This document shows, in pieces, positions 23,650 through 34,044 of a DNA stretch of 37,321 nucleotides. Within the stretch, counting starts at the first letter, position 1. Each line of letters begins with the position of its first letter. The stretch is from a virus (lineage: Duplodnaviria > Caudoviricetes). Below the pieces are notes generated by a model that saw only the letters and a program-made list of their open reading frames with translations, searched no databases and had not been told where the DNA came from. The position numbers and the translations under genes are program-made. Location of the stretch: positions 1 through 37,321 of IMG/VR virus record IMGVR_UViG_3300020045_012307. One strand, 5' to 3'.

Positions 23650-26600
23650 TCAACTGACGATAAAAATCGCACTACTCATTGATGAGGCAAAAGCCAAAGC
23701 CAAGGAGATGCAGGATAGCTTAAGAAATCTTGGGCAAGGCGGCAATAATAACGCCAAGATGCAATTAGATGAGGTCGGTAAGAGCGCGGGTGTCGCAGGT
23801 GGTGCAATCAATCGAATGTCCTCGGTTGTCAAAAGTATGATTGCGTCTGCGTTTGCGGTCGGGGCGTTAGTTGCTTTTACTAACAAGCTGGTTGAAACGG
23901 TGCGGGTTATTCAGGATTTGCGTATGCGCTTGTCTGGCTTAACGCAATCCGCCGAAGATTATGCCTCGTCTGAGGTCTATTTAACCGACTTGGCGCATAA
24001 GCACCATAAGTCTGTTCAAGAGCTGACTGCGGGGTATTCCTCGTTTTTAGCACTTGAACAAAGCGGGATTATTACCCGTCAACAATCGATTCAACTGTTG
24101 GAGGGTTTTAGTAATGCCGCCTCTAAAACAGGGGCGAGTCAAACCCAAATGGGGCAGTCTACCTATGGCTTAGCGCAGGCGTTAGGTACGGGCATTGTTG
24201 CGATGGAGGAGTTTAAGCAGATTACCGAGCCTATGCCCGGTCTGGCTAATTCATTGGCTAACGCCTACGGTATGACTGTGGGCGAACTGCGTAAATTAAT
24301 TGGCACGGGTACAGTTGCTAGTGAAGAGTTTGGCAAAAAGTTCGTTGTTGCTTTACAGGACTATGAAGGCGCGGCTGAACGTGCTGGCGGTACGATTTCA
24401 GCGTCTTATGCTGATGCGGGTAATGCTTACACGGAAATGGCTAAGGATTTGGAAAAACCAGTTGCCGGTTTAGCCATTGGTGTGACTGATGCGGGTAAAT
24501 CGGCTTATGGCTGGTTAAAAGATAATGGCGATACCGTCATTACACTATTAACGGGCATTGCAGTCGTTACGGCTGGCAAGGGCTTATCTGCATTAGCGGC
24601 TTACAACGCCGCAGGTGCGCAAGCCTTTCATATTGAGAATGATCACACCGCCGCCATTATCGAAAATGAAACCCGCACCGTATCGGCGCGCACTGCAAAA
24701 GTCGCTGCCGCTGAGGCTAAACTTTTAGAGAGAACTGCAACCGCTGAACTGGCGCAAGCTGAATTAGCACTAACTGCCGCTACGCTTGAAGTTGCGAGAG
24801 CCAATGAGTTGGCATCGGGTTCAGCCGCTATGCTAGTGGATGCTGAAATCGCCCAAACTGCCGCTGCAACTCGATTAACCAATGCAACCCGCTCACAAGC
24901 CGCTGCTGATGCCTTCTTAATTTCTCAAAATGCAAAGCTGGCAGAATCTCAACTCGCTTTAACCGCTGCAACCAATGCCAGTGGTGCGGCAATGACGCGC
25001 ATAGCGGCAGCGGGTAAAGCGGCGTTTTCGTTTATTGGCGGCTGGGTGGGCGTGGCTGTTTTAGCATTGTGGGGATTGTATGAGATTTTAGAAAAAGTCA
25101 GTGATTCAGAAGGACGCGCAGAGCGTACATCAAAAAATCTAAGTGACGCGCTGTCACTAATGAATGCAGAAGTTAAGAAATTAACTATTGCAGAGGTTGA
25201 TATAGATTTTTCTAAAACAGAAAAGTCTATCGCCTCACTCAAGCAACAAATTAAAGACTTGGAAGCCTCCACCCACTTTGGCAATATCAATGAAAATATT
25301 GATAAACGGGCAGTGCTGCAGCAACGCGTCGCTGTAGAAGAAAAACACCTTGATGCCAATAAAGCCCAGAAAAACGATTTAATTACTAACTTTGATGCGT
25401 CTGGACTGACCAGTGATGAACTGCCAATCAAGTTAAAAGAAACTGAAAATGAAATAGGCAAGATACGCTATCACATTGAAGAGTTAAAGCGTTCCACAGG
25501 CGATGCAACGGTTATTGATGGTCTGATTAATGAAAGCAAGCTTGCGCTAAACGCCTATAACTCTCAGTTATCCGCAATTAAAGGTGCGCAGGATACCCTA
25601 TCAAAAACGGGTAAAACCGACCCGAAGATTGCTGAAGCCAATGCGAAAGCCGAAGAAAAGTCTATTGCCAGTGGCTTTAAACTTAGAGAGCAACAAGCCA
25701 AGAATGCTTATGACGTGGCGAGGGCTTATGCCGAAAAAGATACTGTTAAAAAACTCCAGATTGAAAAGGATTATAACGATCAATCCTTAGCCTTAACGCT
25801 AGAACGCTTAAACGCTGAAATCGCGGCTAAGACTAAGGTCAGCGAATTATCAGGCAAGAAAACCAAAGCCCCCGAATTACAAGCTGAACTCGCTGACCTT
25901 GAAAATCAAAAGCTGGCGGCGATTGATAATGCTAAAACTAAGGGCGTTACGCTTGATATTGATGCGCAAAACCACGCCGCTGATATACATAAGGCTGAGT
26001 TGTCTGCGCAATCCGACATCGAGCTAGGGCGTATTGAATTAACAGCCGAAAAAGCCCAAGCTGAATCTAAGCAAGCACAAGATGAACTGAAGCAGTTAAA
26101 AAGCCACGGGTCATTGGGTGGTAGTCAGCAAGACATGATGCAAGGGGTTTTTTCTGCCTTCAAGAATGCGGGGTTTAGCCCGAATCAAGCGAAGGCGTTG
26201 ACCGCTGAGGTCGGGCGCGAAAATGACTATAACCCTAAAGCGGTGTTTGGCAATCATACCGATGCGGCAAATGGTAAAACCAATACAGGTTTTTTTAGCT
26301 GGCAAGGTGATAGATCAACCGCCTTAAAAGCCAGTCTTGCGGAACAAGGCTTGCTACAAAATGGCAAGATAAGCCACTCGCAAGAATCTTTGAATGCAAT
26401 GGCTGCCTTTGCAAAAACTGAAATGCAGAGTGGGCAATATAAAGGCTCAACTCAGTTTTTAGCCAATAAAAACATTGGCTCAGAGGCGGCGGCTAATCAG
26501 TTAGGGCATGGCTATATTAAGTGGGCAATGGGGCAAGATACCCTTAAAAATGGCGATAGTTTTGACTGGAAAAAGCACGATGCTAAGCGGGCTGGTTATT

Positions 26601-28426
26601 ACAATCAAATCGACTCAACGTCTAAAAATGATGGCGGTGATGAAAAGCAACTAATTGAACAAGGGATTGCTGGGACGCAACATTATTATGAAGAGCTAAC
26701 CAACGCGCAGAATAAAGGTATTGAAGCCAGTATCGCCGCTGTTAAGGCTAAACTGGCACTGGCTGAAAAAGACTATGCCACTAAGAAAGCCACGGCTATG
26801 CCCGAAGAACTCCCTAAGCTGGAAGCCGATTATACGACCAACAAAGCCAAGCTCACGCAAGAATTAAGCCAACTGCAAGCGGAATTACTGGCAATTAAAA
26901 AGGCGGGTGACGCTGAAATGGCGGCGGAGATTGCTAAAGCCAAGCAAGAAGAAATCGCTATTGAAGAGAGCGCGGCTTTGGGCTTGGTGCAGGTTGCTGA
27001 AACCGAAGCCCAACAGCAATTAGAGCTGGGGCAGTTATCGAACACTAAGTTTCTTGAGAAGCAACGGGCGTTTGAGGCGCAACGCTATCAGATTGCTTTG
27101 AAAGCCGCGCAGGATAGACGGGGATTATTGGATGATGGTGATGCGACGGGTAAAGCCAAGGCGTTAGGGCAGGAAAAAGCCTTAGGCGTTAAACACGCAG
27201 CGGATATGAAAGCCATTAACCATAAGATGGCACTCGATAGCCAAGCCACGTTTAACGGCATTGTCGCGCCGATTAAATCCGCATTTAGCTCTACGATTAA
27301 AGGTATTTTGCAAGGTACAACCACGTTAAAGCAGGGCTTAAAGAATATGGCCCAGTCGATTGTGTTGTCGTTTGCGGGATCATTGGCTGATATGGCGATT
27401 GATGCAGCGGCGCATTGGGCTTGGGAATTATTGGGCTTTGGAACGAAAGAGGCAGCTAAAACAGGGATGAAGGTTGCGGGTGAAGCTGCACAAACAGGGG
27501 CAACGATAGTCGGTACACAAACCCGCGTAGCCGCTGAGGCGACCGCTTCAGCTGAAAGCAGTGCGATTGAATTCGGCTCTGGCATGAAGAAGATTGCTAA
27601 TAAAGCCGCCACGGCAGCAGCAGGGGCTTTTGATGCGATGGTGGGGATTCCGTATGTCGGGCCTATTATTGCCCCAATTGCCGCCGCGACAGCTTTTATC
27701 GGGGTGATGGCATTTGGTGGCTTGATGTCATCGGCGGGCGGGGAATGGGATGTGCCTAACGACCGCTTAAATTTAGTCCACAAAAATGAAACCATTCTGC
27801 CCGCTAACATTGCCGCGCCGATGCGGGAGTTCTTTACTAAGGACGGGGCGACTAAAAATCCGCCCGCTGGCACTGCTTATAGTAGTCAGACGGTGGTTAA
27901 TAAAAATCAGGATAAGGACTCAGGCAATCTGAATGAAATTAATATTTCTTCCAAGAAAACCTCAGAAAACACCGATAAAAATACCGCTAGCCTTAATTCA
28001 ATAGAGAAAAAAGACGAAGAGAAATCGGGTAGTAAGTTTAAAAGCATTTTAACGGGCGGCTGGATGTCATCGGCTGGCGGCGAATGGGATGTGCCTAACG
28101 ACCGTTTAAATTTAGTTCATAAAAACGAAACCATTTTACCTGCGACCATTGCCGCGCCGATGCGTGAATTCTTTACCAATGGCGGGATTGGTAATGTCGG
28201 TTTGCCCGCGCAACTGCTGAGCAATAATTCAATGAGCAATGGCTTAGCTAATACGGCAGCGAGTTCGTTGGCAATTCAACAATCCTTGATTCAAAACCAA
28301 CAAAAGCAAGCTAAGCAAGCGTCAGGCGGTACGGTGGTATTGAATACTAAGGGCGGTAATTTTGTCCATAAAGACGATGTGATTGCGTTGCTGAAAAAAG
28401 AAAACCGCAATTTTAGAATGAGTTAA
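23642..28426 (+). CDS. Tape measure protein with N-terminal tape-measure domain and internal phage-tail-lysozyme-like domain
   Basis: QALG.G....EEF.QI.E.MP.L...LA...G...GELRK....G; Ala-rich helical body; GFSPNQA.AL...VGREN...GFFSWQG.R at ~26130-26610. Confidence 0.92.
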   Translation: MANQLTIKIALLIDEAKAKAKEMQDSLRNLGQGGNNNAKMQLDEVGKSAGVAGGAINRMSSVVKSMIASAFAVGALVAFTNKLVETVRVIQDLRMRLSGLTQSAEDYASSEVYLTDLAHKHHKSVQELTAGYSSFLALEQSGIITRQQSIQLLEGFSNAASKTGASQTQMGQSTYGLAQALGTGIVAMEEFKQITEPMPGLANSLANAYGMTVGELRKLIGTGTVASEEFGKKFVVALQDYEGAAERAGGTISASYADAGNAYTEMAKDLEKPVAGLAIGVTDAGKSAYGWLKDNGDTVITLLTGIAVVTAGKGLSALAAYNAAGAQAFHIENDHTAAIIENETRTVSARTAKVAAAEAKLLERTATAELAQAELALTAATLEVARANELASGSAAMLVDAEIAQTAAATRLTNATRSQAAADAFLISQNAKLAESQLALTAATNASGAAMTRIAAAGKAAFSFIGGWVGVAVLALWGLYEILEKVSDSEGRAERTSKNLSDALSLMNAEVKKLTIAEVDIDFSKTEKSIASLKQQIKDLEASTHFGNINENIDKRAVLQQRVAVEEKHLDANKAQKNDLITNFDASGLTSDELPIKLKETENEIGKIRYHIEELKRSTGDATVIDGLINESKLALNAYNSQLSAIKGAQDTLSKTGKTDPKIAEANAKAEEKSIASGFKLREQQAKNAYDVARAYAEKDTVKKLQIEKDYNDQSLALTLERLNAEIAAKTKVSELSGKKTKAPELQAELADLENQKLAAIDNAKTKGVTLDIDAQNHAADIHKAELSAQSDIELGRIELTAEKAQAESKQAQDELKQLKSHGSLGGSQQDMMQGVFSAFKNAGFSPNQAKALTAEVGRENDYNPKAVFGNHTDAANGKTNTGFFSWQGDRSTALKASLAEQGLLQNGKISHSQESLNAMAAFAKTEMQSGQYKGSTQFLANKNIGSEAAANQLGHGYIKWAMGQDTLKNGDSFDWKKHDAKRAGYYNQIDSTSKNDGGDEKQLIEQGIAGTQHYYEELTNAQNKGIEASIAAVKAKLALAEKDYATKKATAMPEELPKLEADYTTNKAKLTQELSQLQAELLAIKKAGDAEMAAEIAKAKQEEIAIEESAALGLVQVAETEAQQQLELGQLSNTKFLEKQRAFEAQRYQIALKAAQDRRGLLDDGDATGKAKALGQEKALGVKHAADMKAINHKMALDSQATFNGIVAPIKSAFSSTIKGILQGTTTLKQGLKNMAQSIVLSFAGSLADMAIDAAAHWAWELLGFGTKEAAKTGMKVAGEAAQTGATIVGTQTRVAAEATASAESSAIEFGSGMKKIANKAATAAAGAFDAMVGIPYVGPIIAPIAAATAFIGVMAFGGLMSSAGGEWDVPNDRLNLVHKNETILPANIAAPMREFFTKDGATKNPPAGTAYSSQTVVNKNQDKDSGNLNEINISSKKTSENTDKNTASLNSIEKKDEEKSGSKFKSILTGGWMSSAGGEWDVPNDRLNLVHKNETILPATIAAPMREFFTNGGIGNVGLPAQLLSNNSMSNGLANTAASSLAIQQSLIQNQQKQAKQASGGTVVLNTKGGNFVHKDDVIALLKKENRNFRMS
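27725..28179 (+). repeat. Direct duplication of 116 bp (38 aa) near the tape measure C-terminus
   Basis: 27725-27840 versus 28064-28179, MSSAGGEWDVPNDRLNLVHKNETILPA(N/T)IAAPMREFFT. Confidence 0.95.
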
Positions 28427-28428
28427 AG

Positions 28429-29025
28429 ATGAGTGATTTAGTGTTTCCCTCAACGATGAATGGCTATGTGTGGGATAGCAAAAAGAAGCCTGTGTTTAAT
28501 AATCTAACCCATTCATCGGTTACTGGGCGTGATGTGCGTATTGCATTGTACGATCAGCCTGTTTATGAGTTCACGCTGTCTAATCAATGGCTGACGAAAG
28601 CCGATAAAGATGTGTTGATGGGCTTCTTTTTAGCACGGCGCGGGGCGTTTGATAGTTGGTTGTATTTGGATGAAGACGGGGCAGTGACGGCGCAAGCCTT
28701 TGGCGTGGGTAATGGGGCAACGCTTGGGTTTCAACTGCTTAAAGCCACGGACAGTGCGTTAGAGATTGTCAATAATCTAGCGACCCTGCCACTGATTTAT
28801 GTTGATGCGGTGTTAAAAACCGTCGGCACGCATTACACGATCAGTGCCACGGGGGTGGTGACTTTTGTGACTGCACCCACGGCGGGCGCGGTACTGGCGT
28901 GGACAGGCTCTGCCTATTATCGCTGTGTATTTTTAGAGGATTCGTTGGAGTATAACCAGTTTATGTACCGCTTATATGATTGCAGTGAGATTACCTTTAA
29001 AGGCTCGTTGGCGAATAAATTATGA
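28429..29025 (+). CDS. DUF2460-family distal tail protein
   Basis: S.TGR..R, L.GFF.AR.G.FD, FG.G.G....FQL, G.VTF..AP..G..L.W. Confidence 0.85.
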   Translation: MSDLVFPSTMNGYVWDSKKKPVFNNLTHSSVTGRDVRIALYDQPVYEFTLSNQWLTKADKDVLMGFFLARRGAFDSWLYLDEDGAVTAQAFGVGNGATLGFQLLKATDSALEIVNNLATLPLIYVDAVLKTVGTHYTISATGVVTFVTAPTAGAVLAWTGSAYYRCVFLEDSLEYNQFMYRLYDCSEITFKGSLANKL

Positions 29026-30740
29026 AACTGACTTCGATAGGCATGACTGATCTATTAACGGGCTATCAATTTTTTGTTGCTGAGTTGTACACGATCACGC
29101 TGGCGAGTGGTGATGTGCATCGGTTTACCTCAGGCGATGGTGATATTACGCTGGGGTCGCCCGTGATTGCGCCGTTAAGCCTCGCGGCAGTTAATCCACG
29201 GTTTACTGCGCCATCGCCTACCACGGTATTTGTGGCAGGCGATGGCGTGATTTACGCGCTGGATAAAGCCACGTTAACGATAACGCCTATTGTGACGGGG
29301 TTACCGATTGTCACGGGTTCCGATATTGTCGGCGGCATTGTCTTTGATGGAACTAATTTTTGGGCAATTCATTCGACGGCAGGGTTAAGCGGTGTGTTTG
29401 GGGTCAATAAATACAGCCCTGCTGGGGCGTTATTGGGGTCATTTTCGGCGGGCTTTTCGGGTGTGCCGTATCGACTGACCTTCGGTGGCGGGCATATTTA
29501 TACCACGACATCTGAGTCTATGATTTACAAGCTTGATCTTGACGGCAATATCGTTGCCAGTCAGGTAAAGGGCGGGCTTAGCTGGGTGCATTATATTTAT
29601 TTTGATGGGGCTTATTTATGGGTCGCTGAGTCGCTTGAGCATTTATATAAGTATGATGCGGATTTAACTCTGGTAAGTATTACGCCTGTGACCACTGATA
29701 TGCGCGGCATTACCAGTGATGGCACGTCTATTTGGGTGACCAATCATACCGCGAATAGTATTGCAAAAATCGATAGAGTAACGGGGGTATTATTAGCAAC
29801 CTATAGCGGTTTTACTGCACCGACTTTTATTGAGTTTATGCCCAATGGTTATTTAGCGGTATCTTGCGATGCTAGTGTGGCGTATGTGCAGCCCGCCACG
29901 GGGGCAATCGTGACAGCGGTGGCTACGTTGTACCCGCAACAAGTCGTCATGGACAGTACTGGCACGCTTTATATTCCGAATGGGATTGCGAATACCGTGA
30001 CCGTGAGGAGTGATTTATTGTTATTGGGCGTGCAGACCTATACCGTGCGCGCGATTGAACGCGGCGATATTACTCTTTCTACGGGGGTGCAAGTGGATGA
30101 CTGTACCTTGTCAATGTATTGCAATGCAGACAGTCAGTTTAATGGTCTCAGTATGCCGAATTTTGCGTTAATCGGCGGCTTTGATAACGCCCATATTAAG
30201 ATTGAATTAGCGATTATGCCGTCGTATGGCGATACCTCAAATGGCGTTATTCATTTGTTTGAGGGCAAGGTCTCTGATATTAAAATTGATGTTAGTCAGG
30301 TTGAGTTAACGATTAGCAGTGAGTCCATTCGTCTGGACACCCAGATTCCGAGCCAAGTCTATCAGCCCTCGTGCAGTCATACTTTATATGATGGCGGCTG
30401 TGCGTTAAACAGTGCTGATTTTTCAGGGGCTAAAGCGGTGTTGACTGGCTCAACTAAAGGGCAGCTGATGTTTACTGATAGCAATGCGGAGGGTTTTTTT
30501 GAACTGGGCAAAGTGAGAATGACCTCAGGACTCAATAACGCGCTGATTCGTACTGTGAAGTTTCATACCGCTGGGCTGATTGTCTTTACTGAGAACTTGC
30601 CGTTTGCGCCTGAGGTCGGTGATACCTTTATCGCCACGGCGGGCTGTGATAAATCCCGCGCAACCTGTACCGCCAAGTTTGCTAATGCCGTGCATTTTCT
30701 AGGCTGGGAATATATGCCCGCACCGGAGACTTCCTTATGA
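29022..30740 (+). CDS. DUF2163/BR0599-type tail hub protein with inserted beta-propeller
   Basis: N-terminal LYTITL..G...RFT..D; C-terminal G.FD.A, YQ..C...LYD..C, GCDK...TC..KF.N...F.G....P.PE; central FDG..WV repeats. Confidence 0.85.
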   Translation: MKLTSIGMTDLLTGYQFFVAELYTITLASGDVHRFTSGDGDITLGSPVIAPLSLAAVNPRFTAPSPTTVFVAGDGVIYALDKATLTITPIVTGLPIVTGSDIVGGIVFDGTNFWAIHSTAGLSGVFGVNKYSPAGALLGSFSAGFSGVPYRLTFGGGHIYTTTSESMIYKLDLDGNIVASQVKGGLSWVHYIYFDGAYLWVAESLEHLYKYDADLTLVSITPVTTDMRGITSDGTSIWVTNHTANSIAKIDRVTGVLLATYSGFTAPTFIEFMPNGYLAVSCDASVAYVQPATGAIVTAVATLYPQQVVMDSTGTLYIPNGIANTVTVRSDLLLLGVQTYTVRAIERGDITLSTGVQVDDCTLSMYCNADSQFNGLSMPNFALIGGFDNAHIKIELAIMPSYGDTSNGVIHLFEGKVSDIKIDVSQVELTISSESIRLDTQIPSQVYQPSCSHTLYDGGCALNSADFSGAKAVLTGSTKGQLMFTDSNAEGFFELGKVRMTSGLNNALIRTVKFHTAGLIVFTENLPFAPEVGDTFIATAGCDKSRATCTAKFANAVHFLGWEYMPAPETSL

Positions 30741-31153
30741 ATCAGCGGCAAGCTATTATTGATGAAGCCATGACGTGGCTGAGAACCCCGTGGCGACACG
30801 CGGCAGCAGTTAAAGGTGCGGGCGTGGATTGTGGGCGCATTGTTATTGAGATTTATGCCAACTGTGGCTTAATCGAACGCTTTACCCCTGCGCCCTATAT
30901 GCAGGACTTCGCTATTCATTCGTCTGAAGAACGCTTTCTGGAAAATATCGAACGCTATGCAGTGCAGGTGAATAGCCCCCAACAAGGTGATATTGCGGTC
31001 TGGAAATTCGGGCGTTGTTTTAGTCATGCTGCACTCGTGGTTTTGTGGCCCGAAATTATTCATGCCAAAATTGATGAAGGCGTGTTGCTGGATAATGGCG
31101 AGCAAGGTGACTTGGCAGGGCGTGAAGTTCGCTTCTATTCGGTGTTCGCATGA
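30737..31153 (+). CDS. NlpC/P60-family tail-associated peptidase
   Basis: EA..WL.TPW.H....KG.GVDC, GD....FGR..SH, IIHA. Confidence 0.9.
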   Translation: MNQRQAIIDEAMTWLRTPWRHAAAVKGAGVDCGRIVIEIYANCGLIERFTPAPYMQDFAIHSSEERFLENIERYAVQVNSPQQGDIAVWKFGRCFSHAALVVLWPEIIHAKIDEGVLLDNGEQGDLAGREVRFYSVFA

Positions 31154-33111
31154 GCTTATTCGGCGGTCAAAAAACTAAATCGAAAGTCGCTGATAAACTG
31201 GGTAGTATTAAAATTCAGTCGCAAGGCTATGGCAATGTTATACCTTTAATATATGGCACAGTCAGAACCCCTGTAACGCTGTTTTTCTACTCGAATTTTA
31301 TGGCGTTGCCCGTCGTTGAACGGATAAAAACCAGCGGTAAAGGCGGTAAAAAGAAGAAGCCGACCAATACCACCTTTATGTATTTTGCCAGCATCATGAT
31401 GGGCATTGCCTCTAATGAGATTACGGGGACGGGTAGACTGTGGGTTGATAAAAACAAATACACCTCGATTGCTGGCGTGGGCGATACCTCACCCTCAAAG
31501 TCAGGCTTTACGCTATTTAAAGGCGATACCACACAAGTGCCGTGGGGCTATCTGACGACCTATGAACCGACTAAAGCTGTGGCGTTGCGGGGCTTCGCTT
31601 ATATGGTCTCGAATCTGTATAGCTTGTCGGATACCGCGTCACTGGGCAATCACACGATAGAAGTCTACGGTGGCTTTGCCACACAAACCGAAGGCGATGC
31701 CAGTCCAGCGGATTTTATCCCTGATATTATGGTGCGCGAATGTGGCATTGCTAGCGACAAGCTGGCTGATTTAACGGTGTTTCGGGCTTATTGTGTTGCG
31801 CGGGACTTGTCCTTTGGCGTGTTGCTGGACGCGCAAAAACCAGCGGCTGAATTTATTACTGAGATTTTAAATTTATGCGGTGTTGAGCTGGTTATTAAAA
31901 ACGGCTTGTTTCACTTTATCAGTTATGTCGATGCGGGCTTGGTGACGGGCTATGAAGTCAGTAATGATGATTTTATTGTTGAGCAAGGTCAAGCCCCGAT
32001 TACGCCCACGCGTAAGAAAGCGATTGACTCCTTTAACGCCCTAAAGCTTGAGTTCATCAATCGAGCCAATGACTACAATACCGAGATAGCCGAAGACAAA
32101 GATTTAGCCTCGATAGAGACCATTGGGCTACGCACGGCTGAAACCCTGACCGCAAGTTATGTTAGCCGCGCCCCATTAGCGCGGCAGCTCGTGCATTATT
32201 TATTGCAACGGGATTTAGCAATTCGTAACAGTTATGAATTCACGCTATCACTGCGTTATAGCCGCCTTGAACCGATGGATATTATAACGCTCACCGATGC
32301 GGGACTGGGCTTGGTGCAGCACCCAGTGATTATTAAGAAAATCGTTATTACCTCCGACTATCAGCTAAAAATAACCGCTGAGGATTATGTTAGTCAGGTC
32401 TATCAGCCGACAAACTATGCTGCACCCGTTGCTACCCCCTATGCGCCCGATCACACCACAGCGGTCGGTAATATTAACCCGCCCGTTCTCTTTATTGCCC
32501 CGACGGCGTTAACTGTGTCGGGCTATGAAATTTGGTGTGCGCTTTCTAATAGCAATCCGCTCTATGGCGGCTGTGATATTCACTTAAGCTTAGATGGCGG
32601 GGTGTCGTATTCAACACTGGGAACCCATACTGGCAATACCCGTATGGGCGTATTAACCGCTGATTTGGCGACTGGTTTGGCGATTGATACCGTCAACACG
32701 TTGGCGGTTGACTTAACGCAATCGAATGGGCAACTCACCAGCGTGACTCAACTCGAAGTCGATACCTCAGGCACGCTGTGTCGTGTAGGTAGCGAATTTT
32801 TAGCCTATCGTGATGTGACGCTTACGGGCATTGCGCATTATGATGTCAGTTATTTGCGCCGTGGTCTGCATAGCAGTATCCAAGGCGCAGTCACAGGCGA
32901 TAAGTTTATCCGCTGTGACGACACCCTGTTTAAGTTCGCCTATGATCCTGCTTATGTGGGGACTACTGTTTATTTAAAATTCACCTCGTTCAATGTCTTT
33001 GATGACGGCGGACAGGATCTTTCAACTGTTCCCGCGTATGCCTTTACCATTCCCGAATTGATGTGGAATGATGGTATTCATCGTTGGAACGATGGCTCAA
33101 ATTGGCAATAA
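31150..33111 (+). CDS. Tail tip/central host-specificity protein
   Basis: Q...YG..IP..YG..R, N...LEF..R...YN, LEP.D...L, GC....S.DG..Y, LRRG. Confidence 0.85.
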   Translation: MSLFGGQKTKSKVADKLGSIKIQSQGYGNVIPLIYGTVRTPVTLFFYSNFMALPVVERIKTSGKGGKKKKPTNTTFMYFASIMMGIASNEITGTGRLWVDKNKYTSIAGVGDTSPSKSGFTLFKGDTTQVPWGYLTTYEPTKAVALRGFAYMVSNLYSLSDTASLGNHTIEVYGGFATQTEGDASPADFIPDIMVRECGIASDKLADLTVFRAYCVARDLSFGVLLDAQKPAAEFITEILNLCGVELVIKNGLFHFISYVDAGLVTGYEVSNDDFIVEQGQAPITPTRKKAIDSFNALKLEFINRANDYNTEIAEDKDLASIETIGLRTAETLTASYVSRAPLARQLVHYLLQRDLAIRNSYEFTLSLRYSRLEPMDIITLTDAGLGLVQHPVIIKKIVITSDYQLKITAEDYVSQVYQPTNYAAPVATPYAPDHTTAVGNINPPVLFIAPTALTVSGYEIWCALSNSNPLYGGCDIHLSLDGGVSYSTLGTHTGNTRMGVLTADLATGLAIDTVNTLAVDLTQSNGQLTSVTQLEVDTSGTLCRVGSEFLAYRDVTLTGIAHYDVSYLRRGLHSSIQGAVTGDKFIRCDDTLFKFAYDPAYVGTTVYLKFTSFNVFDDGGQDLSTVPAYAFTIPELMWNDGIHRWNDGSNWQ

Positions 33112-33115
33112 CACC

Positions 33116-33991
33116 ATGACTTCTGCGATTAATAATGCAATCCCAACGGCTGGCACACTGGTTGATGCCACGGAAATTCGTAATAACTTTGTGACGGCAA
33201 AAGCGGAAATATCCGCCTTGCAAGCGGCTATAATTGGTAAAAACTGCCTAATCAATGGTAATTTCAACATTAATCAGCGGGCAGTGTCGGGTACGGTGAC
33301 GCTTGCCGCAGGTATCTATGGGCATGATCGGTGGAAGGCAGGGGCATCGGGCTGTACTTATACTTTTGCAGTCAGTGCCGGTATCACCACCTTAACCATC
33401 ACCGCTGGCTCACTACTGCAAATCATTGACGGTAGCAACCTCCCGCTAGGTACTAATACCTGTGCATTATCATGGACAGGGACAGCACAAGGACGGTTTG
33501 GATCGGGTAGTTATGCAGCGACAGGGACAACTGCTTCCGTAGTGGCTGGGACTAACCTATCGATTGAATTTAATGCAGGGACATTAAGCCTCGTTCAGCT
33601 AGAAAAAGGCGCGGTCGTGACCCCATTTGAACAGCGAATGCGTAGCCATGAGTTAGCACTCTGTTTATTCTATTATGAACAAATAACAACACTATCTAAT
33701 GCTCAGTCAGTCGCGTCGGGCTTTGTTGCATCAACAACAACCGCCTTCTTAAATCTGGTTTATAGCGGTAAAGCCTCATCACCGACCATAACCGTCGATG
33801 CCAATTTCGCCATATTAACAGGCGGCTCTGCGACCGTTGCTTACACCAGCACCGCCATCACCCATAAAGGACTCTCTTCCGCGCAGATAATAGTCACGGG
33901 TACTTTTGCAGCGGGTAATGTCGGCAATGGGTGTTTACTCAGAGGCGATGGCACATCAGGACGGATAATTACGATCAGTGCGGAATTGTAG
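33116..33991 (+). CDS. Tail fibre / receptor-binding protein
   Basis: N.LINGNF.INQR, DRW, VQLE.G...TPFE.R....EL.LC..YY, C-terminal AEL. Confidence 0.8.
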   Translation: MTSAINNAIPTAGTLVDATEIRNNFVTAKAEISALQAAIIGKNCLINGNFNINQRAVSGTVTLAAGIYGHDRWKAGASGCTYTFAVSAGITTLTITAGSLLQIIDGSNLPLGTNTCALSWTGTAQGRFGSGSYAATGTTASVVAGTNLSIEFNAGTLSLVQLEKGAVVTPFEQRMRSHELALCLFYYEQITTLSNAQSVASGFVASTTTAFLNLVYSGKASSPTITVDANFAILTGGSATVAYTSTAITHKGLSSAQIIVTGTFAAGNVGNGCLLRGDGTSGRIITISAEL

Positions 33992-34044
33992 CCTAGTAAG
34001 TCTGCTAGACTGTTAGTTCAACTCACCATACTAAAAAGAGATTT

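Noticed and set aside
24949-27873. Long minus-strand ORFs (170 aa, 261 aa) and other antisense ORFs in the track
   Set aside because: Shadows of Ala-rich plus-strand genes, with no motifs or RBS.
27725-28179. DGR TR/VR pair in the tape measure gene
   Set aside because: Differences are mostly third-position synonymous changes at C/G/T, not A-specific.
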